A stretch of DNA of 64,000 nt from Candidatus Babeliales bacterium. Lineage in GTDB: Bacteria; Babelota; Babeliae; Babelales; Vermiphilaceae. Location: contig DATEAY010000013.1 of assembly GCA_035288105.1 (NCBI GenBank), forward strand, positions 6,668-70,667. The letters are read 5' to 3'. Made by a program: the position numbers and the translations under genes. Positions 9,391 through 19,436 of the stretch are shown one piece after another. Under the pieces are notes generated by a model. That model ran no database searches and was not told where the DNA came from. It worked only from the letters and a program-made list of their open reading frames with translations. Each line of letters starts with the position of its first letter. The first letter of the stretch is position 1.

Positions 9391-10142
9391 CGATCTCTTT
9401 CCAATAATGCAGTTCTATTGACATCAAAAACATATTCTGGAGCCTTGTCGCTAGCAAAATATACTATGCTTGGCTCCGATATATATCCTACAATACCCTG
9501 ATCTTGTAAATGCTGTTTAAAGTGCTGATGCAGATAAGGCAGCCATTTGCCAATAAGCGTATGATGCAACCCGGCATGATCAGGCTCTTTTCCATTAATA
9601 TAAACTCGTAAATTTGCTATGCGTTTGTGCTCAGGATATTCACGCAACGATACACCAAAAACAGTTTGTATAATATCTTCAAATGAAAACAAATTATACA
9701 AATAATGTATAGTGTTCATGTTCGGAAAATAGTTGCTCATAATTGGAGTTCCCAGAGTGAATAATGCACGAATATGATGCTTGTTGTCTTCTTCTTGCGT
9801 CAACATATGAGACGCGAGCGTTGCAACATTACCACCATGGCTATGCGCTACTAAATAAATGGCAACAGAAGGGTGATACGTTCTAATAAGTTTTACAAGG
9901 CTCTGCGCTGCTTTTACGCGCGCATCATGGCCAGCTCCACCACTCCAGCGGAACGAAACAACCGCACTATTTTTTTTGCAAACGGTTTCTTCAAGCGCAT
10001 CAAAAAAATCGCCTTTGGGCACATACCAACTACAATCTGCTCCCCATGTTCCATGGATAAGGATAAAAACTGATTGCGCTTGAGCTACAAAAACTGTTGA
10101 TATAATACAAAAAATACTGATGATTTTCTTGATAGTACGCAT
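9312..10142 (-). CDS. secreted alpha/beta hydrolase (esterase/lipase-like)
   Basis: Signal peptide MRTIKKIISIFCIISTVFVAQA. ILIHGTWG and nucleophile elbow LVAHSHGGNV. The 3' end overlaps the nusB 3' end by 79 nt. Confidence 0.6.
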   Translation of the reverse strand: MRTIKKIISIFCIISTVFVAQAQSVFILIHGTWGADCSWYVPKGDFFDALEETVCKKNSAVVSFRWSGGAGHDARVKAAQSLVKLIRTYHPSVAIYLVAHSHGGNVATLASHMLTQEEDNKHHIRALFTLGTPIMSNYFPNMNTIHYLYNLFSFEDIIQTVFGVSLREYPEHKRIANLRVYINGKEPDHAGLHHTLIGKWLPYLHQHFKQHLQDQGIVGYISEPSIVYFASDKAPEYVFDVNRTALLERDRQLSVLILDSLRNSLETGSNIPLTNL

Positions 10143-10215
10143 ATACCAATTCTTTATTAAAAACCTATTCTTCTTAATATAAATTATGACTATTTCTAGT
10201 CAACTTATTATAAAG

Positions 10216-11016
10216 TTAAGACTTTTTTTGAAGGTTCTTACACACACCTTTTTCTAGAAAATATTTTTGCAATGGTGTTTGTGAAACAACCTCGCTCTGT
10301 CTAACTGTACTGTTTTTTTCCACTTTGGGTTTAAGAGCATAAATCCAATATGGTTTAAGATTCGTATTTTCTTGTTTTTTTAGCATGCCATGCACAATAA
10401 TATGCGTTCCTTGTTTGTTAAAATCAGCCGCAAGAACCGTATCAATATGACCAGGAACATGATCTATTTTTTGTAATTGGCTGCCAATCTTATTTATTTT
10501 TAAAGTATGTATAATTTTATTTTTCTTATGTTTACCGAGTGTATCTTTAATGGGTCTTGTTTCAACAGTTGCAAACATTTTTGCAACTCGAGAAACTGCT
10601 ACCGCACTATAACTAGCTGACTCAAGTTCAACCTCATACAATATTTTACGTTCATCTTTATCTGTTGTTAAATCAAAAAGAGTAAGCTTTGCTCTTGGTT
10701 CTTTGTAAAATTTTCGTATTAAGACAAACTTGCTATAGTCACAACAAAAGGCAGGATTATAGTGCATAACACCAATCAATACTGAAACATTATTGACCAA
10801 AAATGCATTAAACGGATCCCCTATATTTTTTTCTGGCGTAGTTCGCGTAATAAATTGTTTTTCTGTTTCATCTTGTCAATCACATGTCAAAAAATATGTT
10901 ATCAAATTGTGTATATCGAGCGGCATTTGAGCCAAATAACAAACGTCAGGTTGATCCATAGCATGTACTTGCAATGTTCCAATGATACTGAGAAGCATAC
11001 ATATTTTTTTTAACAT
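10216..11016 (-). pseudogene. gene for a signal-peptide protein interrupted by an in-frame TGA (10876-10878)
   Basis: ATG at 11016 with AGGAG 7 nt upstream gives MLKKICMLLSIIGTLQVHAMDQPDVCYLAQMPLDIHNLITYFLTCD-TGA-QDETEKQFITRTTPEKNIGDPFNAF-LVNNVSVLIG.... This joins, in the same frame, the track ORF 10216..10800, which only has a TTG start. Confidence 0.5.
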
Positions 11017-11086
11017 ACAAAGACTCCTGTTGTAGAAAACAAAACTTCTATTGGAGTATAATCTTTTTTAAAAATATATATGCAAT

Positions 11087-11124
11087 AAAAAAAGATCCCC
11101 GGAATTACCCAAGGATCTTTTTTT
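11087..11124 (-). terminator. terminator-like hairpin flanked by A-run and T-run
   Basis: AAAAAAAGATCC-CCGGAATTACCCAA-GGATCTTTTTTT downstream of the 11152..11616 gene. Homologous to the hairpin at 13007-13048. Confidence 0.45.
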
Positions 11125-11151
11125 GTCATGATATTTTTCAAATATTTTGCT

Positions 11152-11616
11152 TTACTCTAATTTGGATAGCGCATCTTCTATAGGCTGAGAAAAATCTTTT
11201 TTATATCCAAAATCTTCATGTTCCATGATGCCGCTTATAAGCACTATCGGAAGAATAACGGAAGAAACTGCTCTAACAGGCCAGCTTAATCTTGATCCGG
11301 TTGCAAGACAGCGATATGCAATATGAGATAATTGTTTTTGTTTTGCTGTTGCTTTAGTGAATGATGATTCGTGAAATGATCTTGGATAATTGTCATGTCC
11401 ACCATCATACAATGCAGTCCAAGGATTCTGGTTAACAACATAAGCAGGAGCACCCGATTTGAGATAACAATATTTACCAAAACCATACAGCCCAGTAGAT
11501 ACCGGAGTTAGCAAAGCTGAACCCCCTACCATTACGACACCAGCGAGATCCATTGCATTCACAGTACCCATCGAAACAACCATCATAATAACTGATAAAA
11601 ATAATGACCTTTTCAT
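11152..11616 (-). CDS. hypothetical secreted/membrane protein
   Basis: GGGAGG precedes the ATG at 11616. MKRSLFLSVIMMVVSMGTVNA signal peptide. No recognisable family. Confidence 0.5.
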   Translation of the reverse strand: MKRSLFLSVIMMVVSMGTVNAMDLAGVVMVGGSALLTPVSTGLYGFGKYCYLKSGAPAYVVNQNPWTALYDGGHDNYPRSFHESSFTKATAKQKQLSHIAYRCLATGSRLSWPVRAVSSVILPIVLISGIMEHEDFGYKKDFSQPIEDALSKLE

Positions 11617-11822
11617 AATTGCCTCCCGTAAACAATACACTATTCTAACCTACTTTTAACATAACAAAACTATTCATATTGTCAATATTTGCACTAAAAA
11701 CATACAATCGACCAACTCAGGAGCTGTTTTAATAAAAATATTGATCTAATCATCGTTTTTAATGTACAATATTTGTATAATTATTAATTCAATTACTAAT
11801 CATACAAAATTTAGGGGTTAAA

Positions 11823-13004
11823 ATGCATATAAAACGTATATTGACCGGTCAGGTTATTGAAGCTGCTTCTGAATTTCCTGTTGTTGCAATTGTTGGCCCT
11901 CGCCAATCTGGCAAAACAACCCTTGTCCAAACTGTATTTTCTGAACATAAATACATATCGCTAGAAGATTTCGATATTCGGGCACTCGCCAAAACTGATC
12001 CTCGCGCTTTTTTAACTAACTACCCAACCGCAAATGGCATAATTTTAGATGAAATACAACATGCTCCAGAATTGCTATCGTACATGCAAACTATAGTTGA
12101 TCGCGAAAAAAAGAACGGTTTTTTTATTGTCACAGGTTCACAAAATTTTTTGGTTGACGAAGCAATAACACAAACTCTCGCAGGAAGAATGGCTGTGTTA
12201 ACACTTTTACCATTATCACTCAGTGAACTTGAAGCAGCTGCCCTATTACCTGAAAAAGCGGAAACTCTTATATACAAAGGCTTCTACCCCAAAGCTCATG
12301 CCGAAAATATTTCTGTTGAACGTTTATATAGCAACTATCTTCGCTTGTACGTGGAACGTGATGTCCGACAAATTACCAATGTTTCTGATTTAAATACCTT
12401 CCAGAAATTTATGCGATTATGCGCAGGACGCACTGGTCAGATTTTAAACTTAACCTCTTTAGGCAATGACTGTGGAGTAAATTACAATACTGCAAAAGCA
12501 TGGATTTCATTGCTAGAAGCAAGCTATGTTCTTTTCTTATTACACCCTTACTATAAAAACTTTGGAAAACGACTCATCAAAGCGCCAAAGCTCTATTTTA
12601 TTGATACGGGCATTGCATGTTCACTATTAAAAATACGCTCTGTTCAAGAATTATCTGACCACTATTTACGTGGCAGCCTTGTTGAATCAATGATTATTGC
12701 GGACCTATTAAAACAACAATACAATCTCGAACAACAGCCGAGTTTATATTTTTGGCGAGATGTTAGTGGTCACGAACTCGATTGCATTATTGATGAATCG
12801 CAACATCCAATCCCAGTGGAAATTAAAGCAGGACAAACTATTGCAACTGATTTTTTTAAGGAGTTAAACTTCTGGAATAAAACAACAAATACTCCACATG
12901 CACCACAATATCTTATTTATGGCGGCAATGAGGATCAAAAATGGCCTGCAGCTCAAGTATTAAGTTGGAAGCATGCTGGCACATTAATTAAAAAAATACG
13001 CTAA
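11823..13004 (+). CDS. AAA+ ATPase of the DUF4143-containing family
   Basis: VVAIVGPRQSGKTTL Walker A, ILDEIQ Walker B, and overall layout (about 390 aa) typical of the AAA_14/DUF4143 'ATP-binding protein' family. Confidence 0.8.
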   Translation: MHIKRILTGQVIEAASEFPVVAIVGPRQSGKTTLVQTVFSEHKYISLEDFDIRALAKTDPRAFLTNYPTANGIILDEIQHAPELLSYMQTIVDREKKNGFFIVTGSQNFLVDEAITQTLAGRMAVLTLLPLSLSELEAAALLPEKAETLIYKGFYPKAHAENISVERLYSNYLRLYVERDVRQITNVSDLNTFQKFMRLCAGRTGQILNLTSLGNDCGVNYNTAKAWISLLEASYVLFLLHPYYKNFGKRLIKAPKLYFIDTGIACSLLKIRSVQELSDHYLRGSLVESMIIADLLKQQYNLEQQPSLYFWRDVSGHELDCIIDESQHPIPVEIKAGQTIATDFFKELNFWNKTTNTPHAPQYLIYGGNEDQKWPAAQVLSWKHAGTLIKKIR

Positions 13005-13006
13005 GT

Positions 13007-13048
13007 AAAAAAAAATCCCCGGAATATCCGAGGATCTTTTTTTTAATA
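13007..13048 (+). terminator. terminator-like hairpin, homologous to 11087-11124
   Basis: AAAAAAAATCCCCGGAATATCCGAGGATCTTTTTTTT lies between the convergent AAA ATPase and ndk genes. Confidence 0.45.
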
Positions 13049-13064
13049 ACTATATTACAATAAT

Positions 13065-13556
13065 TTATTCATCATTCATGCAACAGTCATCATCATCTGA
13101 ACATCTGTCTTTTGAACAATTTTCTTCTGCAGATTCATAACCAAATAAATCAGGGAAGAATAGTTCAAGTTCTTTTGTTGCAGAAGCAGAATCTGCTGAT
13201 CCGTGAACTGCATTTTTCCCAATATCTGTTCCATATAATTTGCGAACAGTACCAGCATCAGCCTTAAGAGGATCTGTTGCGCCAATCAAATCGCGCCATG
13301 ATGCAATAGCATTATCTTTGTGCAATGCCATAATAATCACTGGTGCTGATATAACAAACTCAACTAATTCACCAAAGAAAGGTCTTTCTCTGTGTTCACC
13401 ATAAAATTCTTCTGCTAATTCTTTAGCAATAATAACTTTTTGCAAACGAACAATTTCAAAACCGTTATGTTCAATCATATCAATAATTTTACCAGTATTT
13501 TTAGCTGCAACAGCATCTGGTTTAATCATCGCATAAGTTAATTTAGTTAATTCCAC
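13065..13556 (-). CDS. ndk: nucleoside diphosphate kinase with Cys/Asp-rich C-terminal tail
   Basis: TYAMIKPDAV...RPFF...NAVHGSD (active-site His). About 20 extra residues at the C-terminus: ENCSKDRCSDDDDCCMNDE. Confidence 0.9.
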   Translation of the reverse strand: MELTKLTYAMIKPDAVAAKNTGKIIDMIEHNGFEIVRLQKVIIAKELAEEFYGEHRERPFFGELVEFVISAPVIIMALHKDNAIASWRDLIGATDPLKADAGTVRKLYGTDIGKNAVHGSADSASATKELELFFPDLFGYESAEENCSKDRCSDDDDCCMNDE

Positions 13557-13570
13557 AGTAGCTGCCTCTA

Positions 13571-15499
13571 TTATTGATCTTCGTCTTTGTTGTTTTTATC
13601 AGACTTTTGCATTGCAGATTCAAGAGCAATTTGTAAAGATCCACGTACTTTTTGTTGCTGTGGTTCTTCTCTTTTCTCTTTTTTCGCTACAACTTTAGGC
13701 TGCTGTTTAGACTGAACTTGTTGTTTACCTTCAGACGCGTCCGCCGAAGCTTTAGCGAAGGAGGATTCTTTTTTAGGTTGTTGTTCAGTTTTTTTAGGCT
13801 CAACTTTTTTCGGCTCTTGTTTCTTTTCTTCAAGAAGCGTACTTAAAGCAAGCTTGCGTTCTTCTTTATTGATATTAACAATACGGAATTGCGCTTTTTG
13901 ACCTACTGTGAAGAATTCTTCAGCTTTTTTACTTTGTTCCTGAGAAAGAACAGTATTATGCATAAGTCCTTCAATATTGTTTGGCAGTCTTACAAAAGCA
14001 CCAAAGTTGGTTATTTTGCTAATTTCACCTTCAACAACAGAACCTACTGGATATTGTTCTGCAACTTTTTCCCATGGATCAATGCTTAATTGCTTAATAC
14101 CAAGAGATATTTTCTTGCTATCTTTATCAATGCCCAAAATAACCGCTTCAACTTCTTGACCTAATTTGTAACGATCAGACGGATGTTCAATATGTTCTGT
14201 CCATGAAAGATCAGAAATATGAACTAAACCATCAATACCTGGCAACAATTGAACAAAAATACCAAAGTCAGTAATATTGCTAATTTTACCTTTAAGTGTT
14301 TGTCCTGGTTTAAACTGTTCGTTTACCGTTTCCCAAGGATTTTTACCAAGTTGCTTAACACTCAATGACATACGACGATTTTCTTTATCCAATGAAACAA
14401 CAAGCACTTCAATCGCATCGCCAACTTTATACAGACGATTAAGGTCAGTAATACGATCAGTCCATGAAATTTCAGAAATATGGACAAGCCCTTCAACTTC
14501 TGGAGCAACCTCTATGAATAGACCATAATCGGTAATACTAGAAATTTTACCTTTAGTTTTGTTGCCAACCGCGATATCAGGACTAATTTGATCCCAAGGA
14601 TTTGTTTGCAGTTGCTTAAGACCAAGCGATATTTTTTCGTTGTTCTTATCAAAGCTCAATACTTTCACTGCTATACTATCGCCAATGCGTACCATTTCGC
14701 TTGGATGAGCAACACGACCCCATGTCATATCGGTGATATGCAGAAGCCCGTCAACACCACCTATGTCTATAAACACACCATAGTTAGTGATATTTTTAAC
14801 GATACCCTGAATAACTTGACCTTCGCTCAATGTTTCTAAGATCTTCTTGCGATCTTCTGAGCGTTGATCATGGAGATATTTACGACGTGAAATAATTACA
14901 TTTCCACGTTTTTTGTTCAATTTAAGGATACATGCTTTGATTGTTTGACCAACATATTGATCAAAATCAGTAACACGTTGTAGATCAATTTGAGATCCTG
15001 GTAGAAACGCAGGAATACCGATATCAACGTTCAAGCCACCTTTAACTTTATGCGTAACCACACCTTCAGCTGGTGCACCATCTTCGAAAAGCTTAGTGAC
15101 AGCATCCCATGCGCGCATTTCTTTAGCTTTTTCGTATGATAATACGATTCTGCCATCAGTATCTTCAAGTTGATCAAGAATGACTTCAATCTCATCGCCT
15201 GCATGTAACTTTTTAAGTTCATGTTCGCCAAATTCATAGCGAGGAACAAGGCCACGAGATTTATATTTGATATCAACAAGAACACCGTTGTCTTCTATTG
15301 CTACAACAGTACCCTTGATTAATTTGCCCAATTGGAATGTTTCAACAGCACCTTTATAAAGCGCATCAAGCTCCCTTTGGAGCTCATCGTTAAGTTGTAG
15401 TGCTATCGAATCTAAACCAGCTTTCATTTTAACCGTACAGAATTGTTCCGGTCTTACGAGTTCTTTTGCCATTCGGCTCATCCTAAGGTCTTTTCCCAT
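13571..15499 (-). CDS. rpsA: 30S ribosomal protein S1 with Lys/Gln-rich C-terminal extension
   Basis: Six repeated S1 motifs (G.V..I..yG.FV.....dGL.HiS). The exact start among several N-terminal Met codons is uncertain. Confidence 0.9.
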   Translation of the reverse strand: MGKDLRMSRMAKELVRPEQFCTVKMKAGLDSIALQLNDELQRELDALYKGAVETFQLGKLIKGTVVAIEDNGVLVDIKYKSRGLVPRYEFGEHELKKLHAGDEIEVILDQLEDTDGRIVLSYEKAKEMRAWDAVTKLFEDGAPAEGVVTHKVKGGLNVDIGIPAFLPGSQIDLQRVTDFDQYVGQTIKACILKLNKKRGNVIISRRKYLHDQRSEDRKKILETLSEGQVIQGIVKNITNYGVFIDIGGVDGLLHITDMTWGRVAHPSEMVRIGDSIAVKVLSFDKNNEKISLGLKQLQTNPWDQISPDIAVGNKTKGKISSITDYGLFIEVAPEVEGLVHISEISWTDRITDLNRLYKVGDAIEVLVVSLDKENRRMSLSVKQLGKNPWETVNEQFKPGQTLKGKISNITDFGIFVQLLPGIDGLVHISDLSWTEHIEHPSDRYKLGQEVEAVILGIDKDSKKISLGIKQLSIDPWEKVAEQYPVGSVVEGEISKITNFGAFVRLPNNIEGLMHNTVLSQEQSKKAEEFFTVGQKAQFRIVNINKEERKLALSTLLEEKKQEPKKVEPKKTEQQPKKESSFAKASADASEGKQQVQSKQQPKVVAKKEKREEPQQQKVRGSLQIALESAMQKSDKNNKDEDQ

Positions 15500-15651
15500 G
15501 AAGCATGGAAAAAAGGTAAAAAGGTTAAAAATATATAATAAAAACTATCTTGCTCCTATAATACCACGATAATTACTTGTTGACAATCAGACCTACCAAA
15601 ATAGAAATCAGAAAATGATTACGTAAAATTTCCTTGCTATATACTTCACTT

Positions 15652-15720
15652 CGCGCTCATCCTGAACTTGTTGAAGGATTAAGCGCGCTCTGATCCTTCA
15701 ACAAGTTCAGGATGAGCGCG
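15652..15720. repeat. palindromic dispersed element, copy 2 (type A arms, tight hairpin)
   Basis: Perfect 28-nt arms CGCGCTCATCCTGAACTTGTTGAAGGAT (15652-15679) and reverse complement (15693-15720), with a 13-nt loop. Lies in the rpsA/ldh divergent region. Confidence 0.9.
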
Positions 15721-15747
15721 GAAGATCTTATCAAGATGGATAAAAAC

Positions 15748-16647
15748 ATGAAACACTCAAAAATAGCTGTAATTGGTGCTGGCACCGTTGGATCAACAAC
15801 CGCATATGCCTTACTACTCAAGAACATAGTTGCCGAGATTATTTTAGTAGATATTGATGAAGCACGTTGCCATGGTGAAATTCTTGATCTTTCTGATGCC
15901 CTTGCATTTGATGGAGCTTCAAAAATACGATCAGGCAGCTCTAAAGATGCCTCAGAAGCTGATATTATCGTCATAGCAGCAGGAAGAGCGCAAAAGCCAG
16001 GGGAAACACGCGCAGAGCTACTGACAACAAATAAAACAATCATTACCGATATTTTCACCGCTATTAAACCAATCAACCCGCAAGCCATTGTTATTATGGT
16101 GACCAATCCTCTTGATGCACTCACTGCTCTTGCACAATCTCTATCTGGACTCCCGCGCAATCAAGTATTTGGTACGGGAACATTCTTGGATACTTTGCGC
16201 TTGCGTGGTATTATTGCCGAAAAAACGAATGTCGCTAAAAGTTCTGTACATGCGTATGTCATTGGTGAACATGGCGATTCACAATGTGTTGCATGGTCAT
16301 CAGCAGAAATTGCCGGTATTTCGATTGCACAATTTGCTGGAATAGAAAAAAAAGATTTTGAGAGTATCGCACAACAAGCAAAAAACACCGCATACGAAAT
16401 TATTGCATGCAAAGGATCAACACATTTTGGCATTGCTGCATGCGTAGCAGCCATATGCGAAGCAATCGTTTTTGATCAAAAATTAGTTATGCCACTTTCT
16501 ACGTATATTCAAGAATATGATACTGTGTTCAGCATGCCTGCTATTTTAGGTGAAAATGGGATTGAAAGAATACTCCCAATCCCACTTGATGATCTCGAAC
16601 AAAAAAAATTAACTGATTCTGCTGAGCAATTACGTCAATTAATTTAA
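15748..16647 (+). CDS. ldh: L-lactate dehydrogenase
   Basis: KIAVIGAGTVGSTTAY, AAGRAQKPGETR (Gln at the substrate-specificity position favours LDH over MDH), GEHGDS. The start is moved to the ATG at 15748 because the track start at 15712 lies inside repeat copy 2. Confidence 0.85.
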   Translation: MKHSKIAVIGAGTVGSTTAYALLLKNIVAEIILVDIDEARCHGEILDLSDALAFDGASKIRSGSSKDASEADIIVIAAGRAQKPGETRAELLTTNKTIITDIFTAIKPINPQAIVIMVTNPLDALTALAQSLSGLPRNQVFGTGTFLDTLRLRGIIAEKTNVAKSSVHAYVIGEHGDSQCVAWSSAEIAGISIAQFAGIEKKDFESIAQQAKNTAYEIIACKGSTHFGIAACVAAICEAIVFDQKLVMPLSTYIQEYDTVFSMPAILGENGIERILPIPLDDLEQKKLTDSAEQLRQLI

Positions 16648-19347
16648 CTACACTCTTCCCGCTCGCACCGTAATCATCTTATCTGAATGTAAGATATCTT
16701 TAACTGCAGTTTTCATATCTTCAAGTGTGATTGTTTCCAAACTTGCCGCACGATTATCAAAATAATCTGCAGGTAATTTAAAGCGATCGAGAAACAAAAA
16801 CGTAGCTGCGAGGGCATCATTAGATACAAAATTATTAACCAGATTATTGATTATTGTACGCTTGGCTTCTTCAAATTCCTCTTGTGTAACTGTATCCACA
16901 ACAGTATCAATTAAATTTTTCAACATTTCCTCAGCCTCTTGTAATCTATCCGGCGATACAATTGCAGTTACTTGAAATACTCCTGGTTGTTTGCCAGCAC
17001 CACTAACCAGAGATCCTCCAACAATATAAAATATACCTGTTTGTTCTCGCAAACTAAAAAGGCGAGATCCTCGACTAAAGTTTCCCCCACTGAATATATA
17101 ATCAAATATCCGATATTTATCAAAATCAGGATGATATCTGTCTATTGATAGTTGTGCAAGGCAAATGAAAGCTTGGTCACGATTAAGTTGATGATTGACC
17201 TCGATGGTGGGTACCTTAAATAGGGGCGGATACTCTATATCTTCTACTACCGCTCCACACCAATCCCCTAGTTCTTGCGCAACTACTTCTTGTATATCGT
17301 AGTTATGTAAATCACCAACAATCACAAGATGTGCTTCTTGTGGGGAGATATATTTTTTATAAAAATCTAAAAGATCAGCCCGCGATATTGCGCCAATGGA
17401 TGATGCATTACCATTCGCTTGCTTGCTGTATGGATGACCTTTATAAAGAATATTTTTCAACACCATATCTTTACAGCATGCAAGATCGTCGGAAGCTTTT
17501 TTTACATGAACCAGCAGCTGCTGTCTAACTTTCTCTAATTTATTTTCAGGAAATGTAGATTTATTGAGAATATCGTTTAGCATCCTCAATCCAAAAACCA
17601 AATCTGATTCTAGAAGATTAATCGAAATCGCTTCGGAAGAAACTATCAGAGAAATTCCATGAGCATCGAGAATGTCTATTAATTCCTGTGCCGTATATGT
17701 TTCGGTTCCCTCAACCATCATTGCCATGACAAACTTACACAGCCCTTGCTTGTCTTGGGGATCATAATAAGAATCTGCTTTAAAGTTCAAAGTAATTTTG
17801 ATTCGCGGAGTTGCACCATTATGATGGTGCAATACGTTTAATCCATTAGACAATATTATCTTTTCTGCCTTAGGAAAAGCAAAGGGCTTCATTGTTTCTT
17901 GTAGATTAACTCTTTTTGCATACAAAGCAGACTCCACTTGCGTATGTCGAACACGCTGAGATAGTATTTCCTTGTCTTTTTGATCTGAAGCTTGCTGTAA
18001 AGTTAACCAATTATTTTTTTCACTTTCAGATAATGGCAACAGGTAACCTTTATGTATTACTGAAGGTCTAAAGAATTGTTCAATTATATCATGTGTGTTT
18101 TGTTTAAGCTCATGGGAGGATTGCATGGATAGAGTTGAACCATAGTTTTCATCTTTTGTTGCAAGATACATAAGACCAATGCGAGAAGCTTGTTCATTAA
18201 AATTTTCCAAGAGAGTGTAAAGCCGCATTTGAGTTTTTTGGAGAGCTCTTTTAAATTCACTGTCACTGAGTCCATTTGAAGCTAATTCGATTAATTCCGC
18301 ATCAATGACATCTTCAATTTTTTCTTTATCCTTTTGATTTTTTGGATCTACCTGAATAAAAAAAATTCCATGCTCAAATAAATCACTCCAGCTTCCTGTT
18401 GTAACATTTGTTGCCAAACCATAATCATGAACAAGTTTTTTATATAGCCGTGATCCCCTGCCTTGGCCTATAATCCACTCTAAAATACTTATTTCGAAAA
18501 TGTTTTTTTTACTGAGACCAGGAATAGCAAAAGCATAGATAAAAGAAGGATGTACTATATCGCGGTATAATGTTACAGATTTTGATACAATATCGAAAAT
18601 ACAAGAATTCTCTTTTTTTATACATGCTTCATCATGTGGTATATGTCCAAAATATTGATTAGCAAGGTCTATAACTTCATCAGTCTCTACATCACCAACA
18701 ACCACCAATGTTGCATTATTTGGTTTATAATGCTTCTTATAAAATGCGTGCAAATCTTTACCGGTAATATTTATTAAATCTTTTTTATAACCAATAACAG
18801 GATAATGATAGGGGTGATCTGCAAAAATTGCCTTTTCTAATTCTATCCTAAGGGATCTACCGTAATTATCGTTATACATTTTCAATTCTTGAATAACTGC
18901 TTTCATTTCAGAATTGAGCACATCATCGCTAAATGTACAATTCGTCATGCAATCGGAAATGATTGGTAAAATATTTCTCCAATTGTGGGATGGAAGATCA
19001 TAGATGTAACGAGTCCAATCAGCAGAAGTAATTCCATTACAAGTACCCGAAAGTTTGCGAACAACTGCACCATGATCCGTTTCAGAAAGTGTATGAGTAC
19101 CTTTAAATACCATATGCTCAAGCAAATGAGCTATTCCTTTTTCATGGAGCAATTCATCTTTTGATCCAACATTATACCAAATTTGAACAGCAACTTTTGG
19201 TATGTCATGCTTTTCTCGAATCAAAACAGTCAGACCATTTTTTAAGGTATGCCTTATAATGGCATCACTAGCGGTAAGATATATATTGATTCCGAATAAC
19301 AATGAGAAAAATAAAAAAACAGAACATGTTTTTAACATACAATTCAT
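16648..19347 (-). CDS. double-length M16 (pitrilysin-family) zinc peptidase, secreted
   Basis: HLLEHMVFKGT (HxxEH) in the N-terminal half and a second, motif-less M16 unit in the C-terminal half. Signal peptide present. Paralog of 19437..22220. Confidence 0.85.
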   Translation of the reverse strand: MNCMLKTCSVFLFFSLLFGINIYLTASDAIIRHTLKNGLTVLIREKHDIPKVAVQIWYNVGSKDELLHEKGIAHLLEHMVFKGTHTLSETDHGAVVRKLSGTCNGITSADWTRYIYDLPSHNWRNILPIISDCMTNCTFSDDVLNSEMKAVIQELKMYNDNYGRSLRIELEKAIFADHPYHYPVIGYKKDLINITGKDLHAFYKKHYKPNNATLVVVGDVETDEVIDLANQYFGHIPHDEACIKKENSCIFDIVSKSVTLYRDIVHPSFIYAFAIPGLSKKNIFEISILEWIIGQGRGSRLYKKLVHDYGLATNVTTGSWSDLFEHGIFFIQVDPKNQKDKEKIEDVIDAELIELASNGLSDSEFKRALQKTQMRLYTLLENFNEQASRIGLMYLATKDENYGSTLSMQSSHELKQNTHDIIEQFFRPSVIHKGYLLPLSESEKNNWLTLQQASDQKDKEILSQRVRHTQVESALYAKRVNLQETMKPFAFPKAEKIILSNGLNVLHHHNGATPRIKITLNFKADSYYDPQDKQGLCKFVMAMMVEGTETYTAQELIDILDAHGISLIVSSEAISINLLESDLVFGLRMLNDILNKSTFPENKLEKVRQQLLVHVKKASDDLACCKDMVLKNILYKGHPYSKQANGNASSIGAISRADLLDFYKKYISPQEAHLVIVGDLHNYDIQEVVAQELGDWCGAVVEDIEYPPLFKVPTIEVNHQLNRDQAFICLAQLSIDRYHPDFDKYRIFDYIFSGGNFSRGSRLFSLREQTGIFYIVGGSLVSGAGKQPGVFQVTAIVSPDRLQEAEEMLKNLIDTVVDTVTQEEFEEAKRTIINNLVNNFVSNDALAATFLFLDRFKLPADYFDNRAASLETITLEDMKTAVKDILHSDKMITVRAGRV

Positions 19348-19360
19348 ACTTTCTAAGAAG

Positions 19361-19389
19361 AAGGAATTGAAAATGATTTCAATTCCTTC
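19361..19389 (-). terminator. hairpin between the two M16 genes
   Basis: AAGGAATTGAAA-ATGAT-TTCAATTCCTT. The T-tail on the minus strand is weak. Confidence 0.35.
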
Positions 19390-19436
19390 AAATAATAATT
19401 AATATAATTTAACCGATTCTGCTACGCTGCTATACG

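Noticed and set aside
10876-10878. In-frame TGA as evidence for an alternative genetic code (TGA = Trp or Gly)
   Set aside because: TGA terminates well-conserved genes at their expected ends in this same window: nusB at 9388-9390, the comEC-like gene at 23554-23556 and the C11 peptidase at 25129-25131. Housekeeping ORFs are not broken by TGA. A standard code with a local nonsense mutation is more parsimonious.
15657-16454. Minus-strand ORFs 15657..16160 (167 aa) and 16161..16454 (97 aa) antisense to ldh
   Set aside because: They are shadow ORFs inside a strongly supported ldh gene. Their composition is Ala/Ser/Ile-rich and low in complexity, typical of antisense frames.
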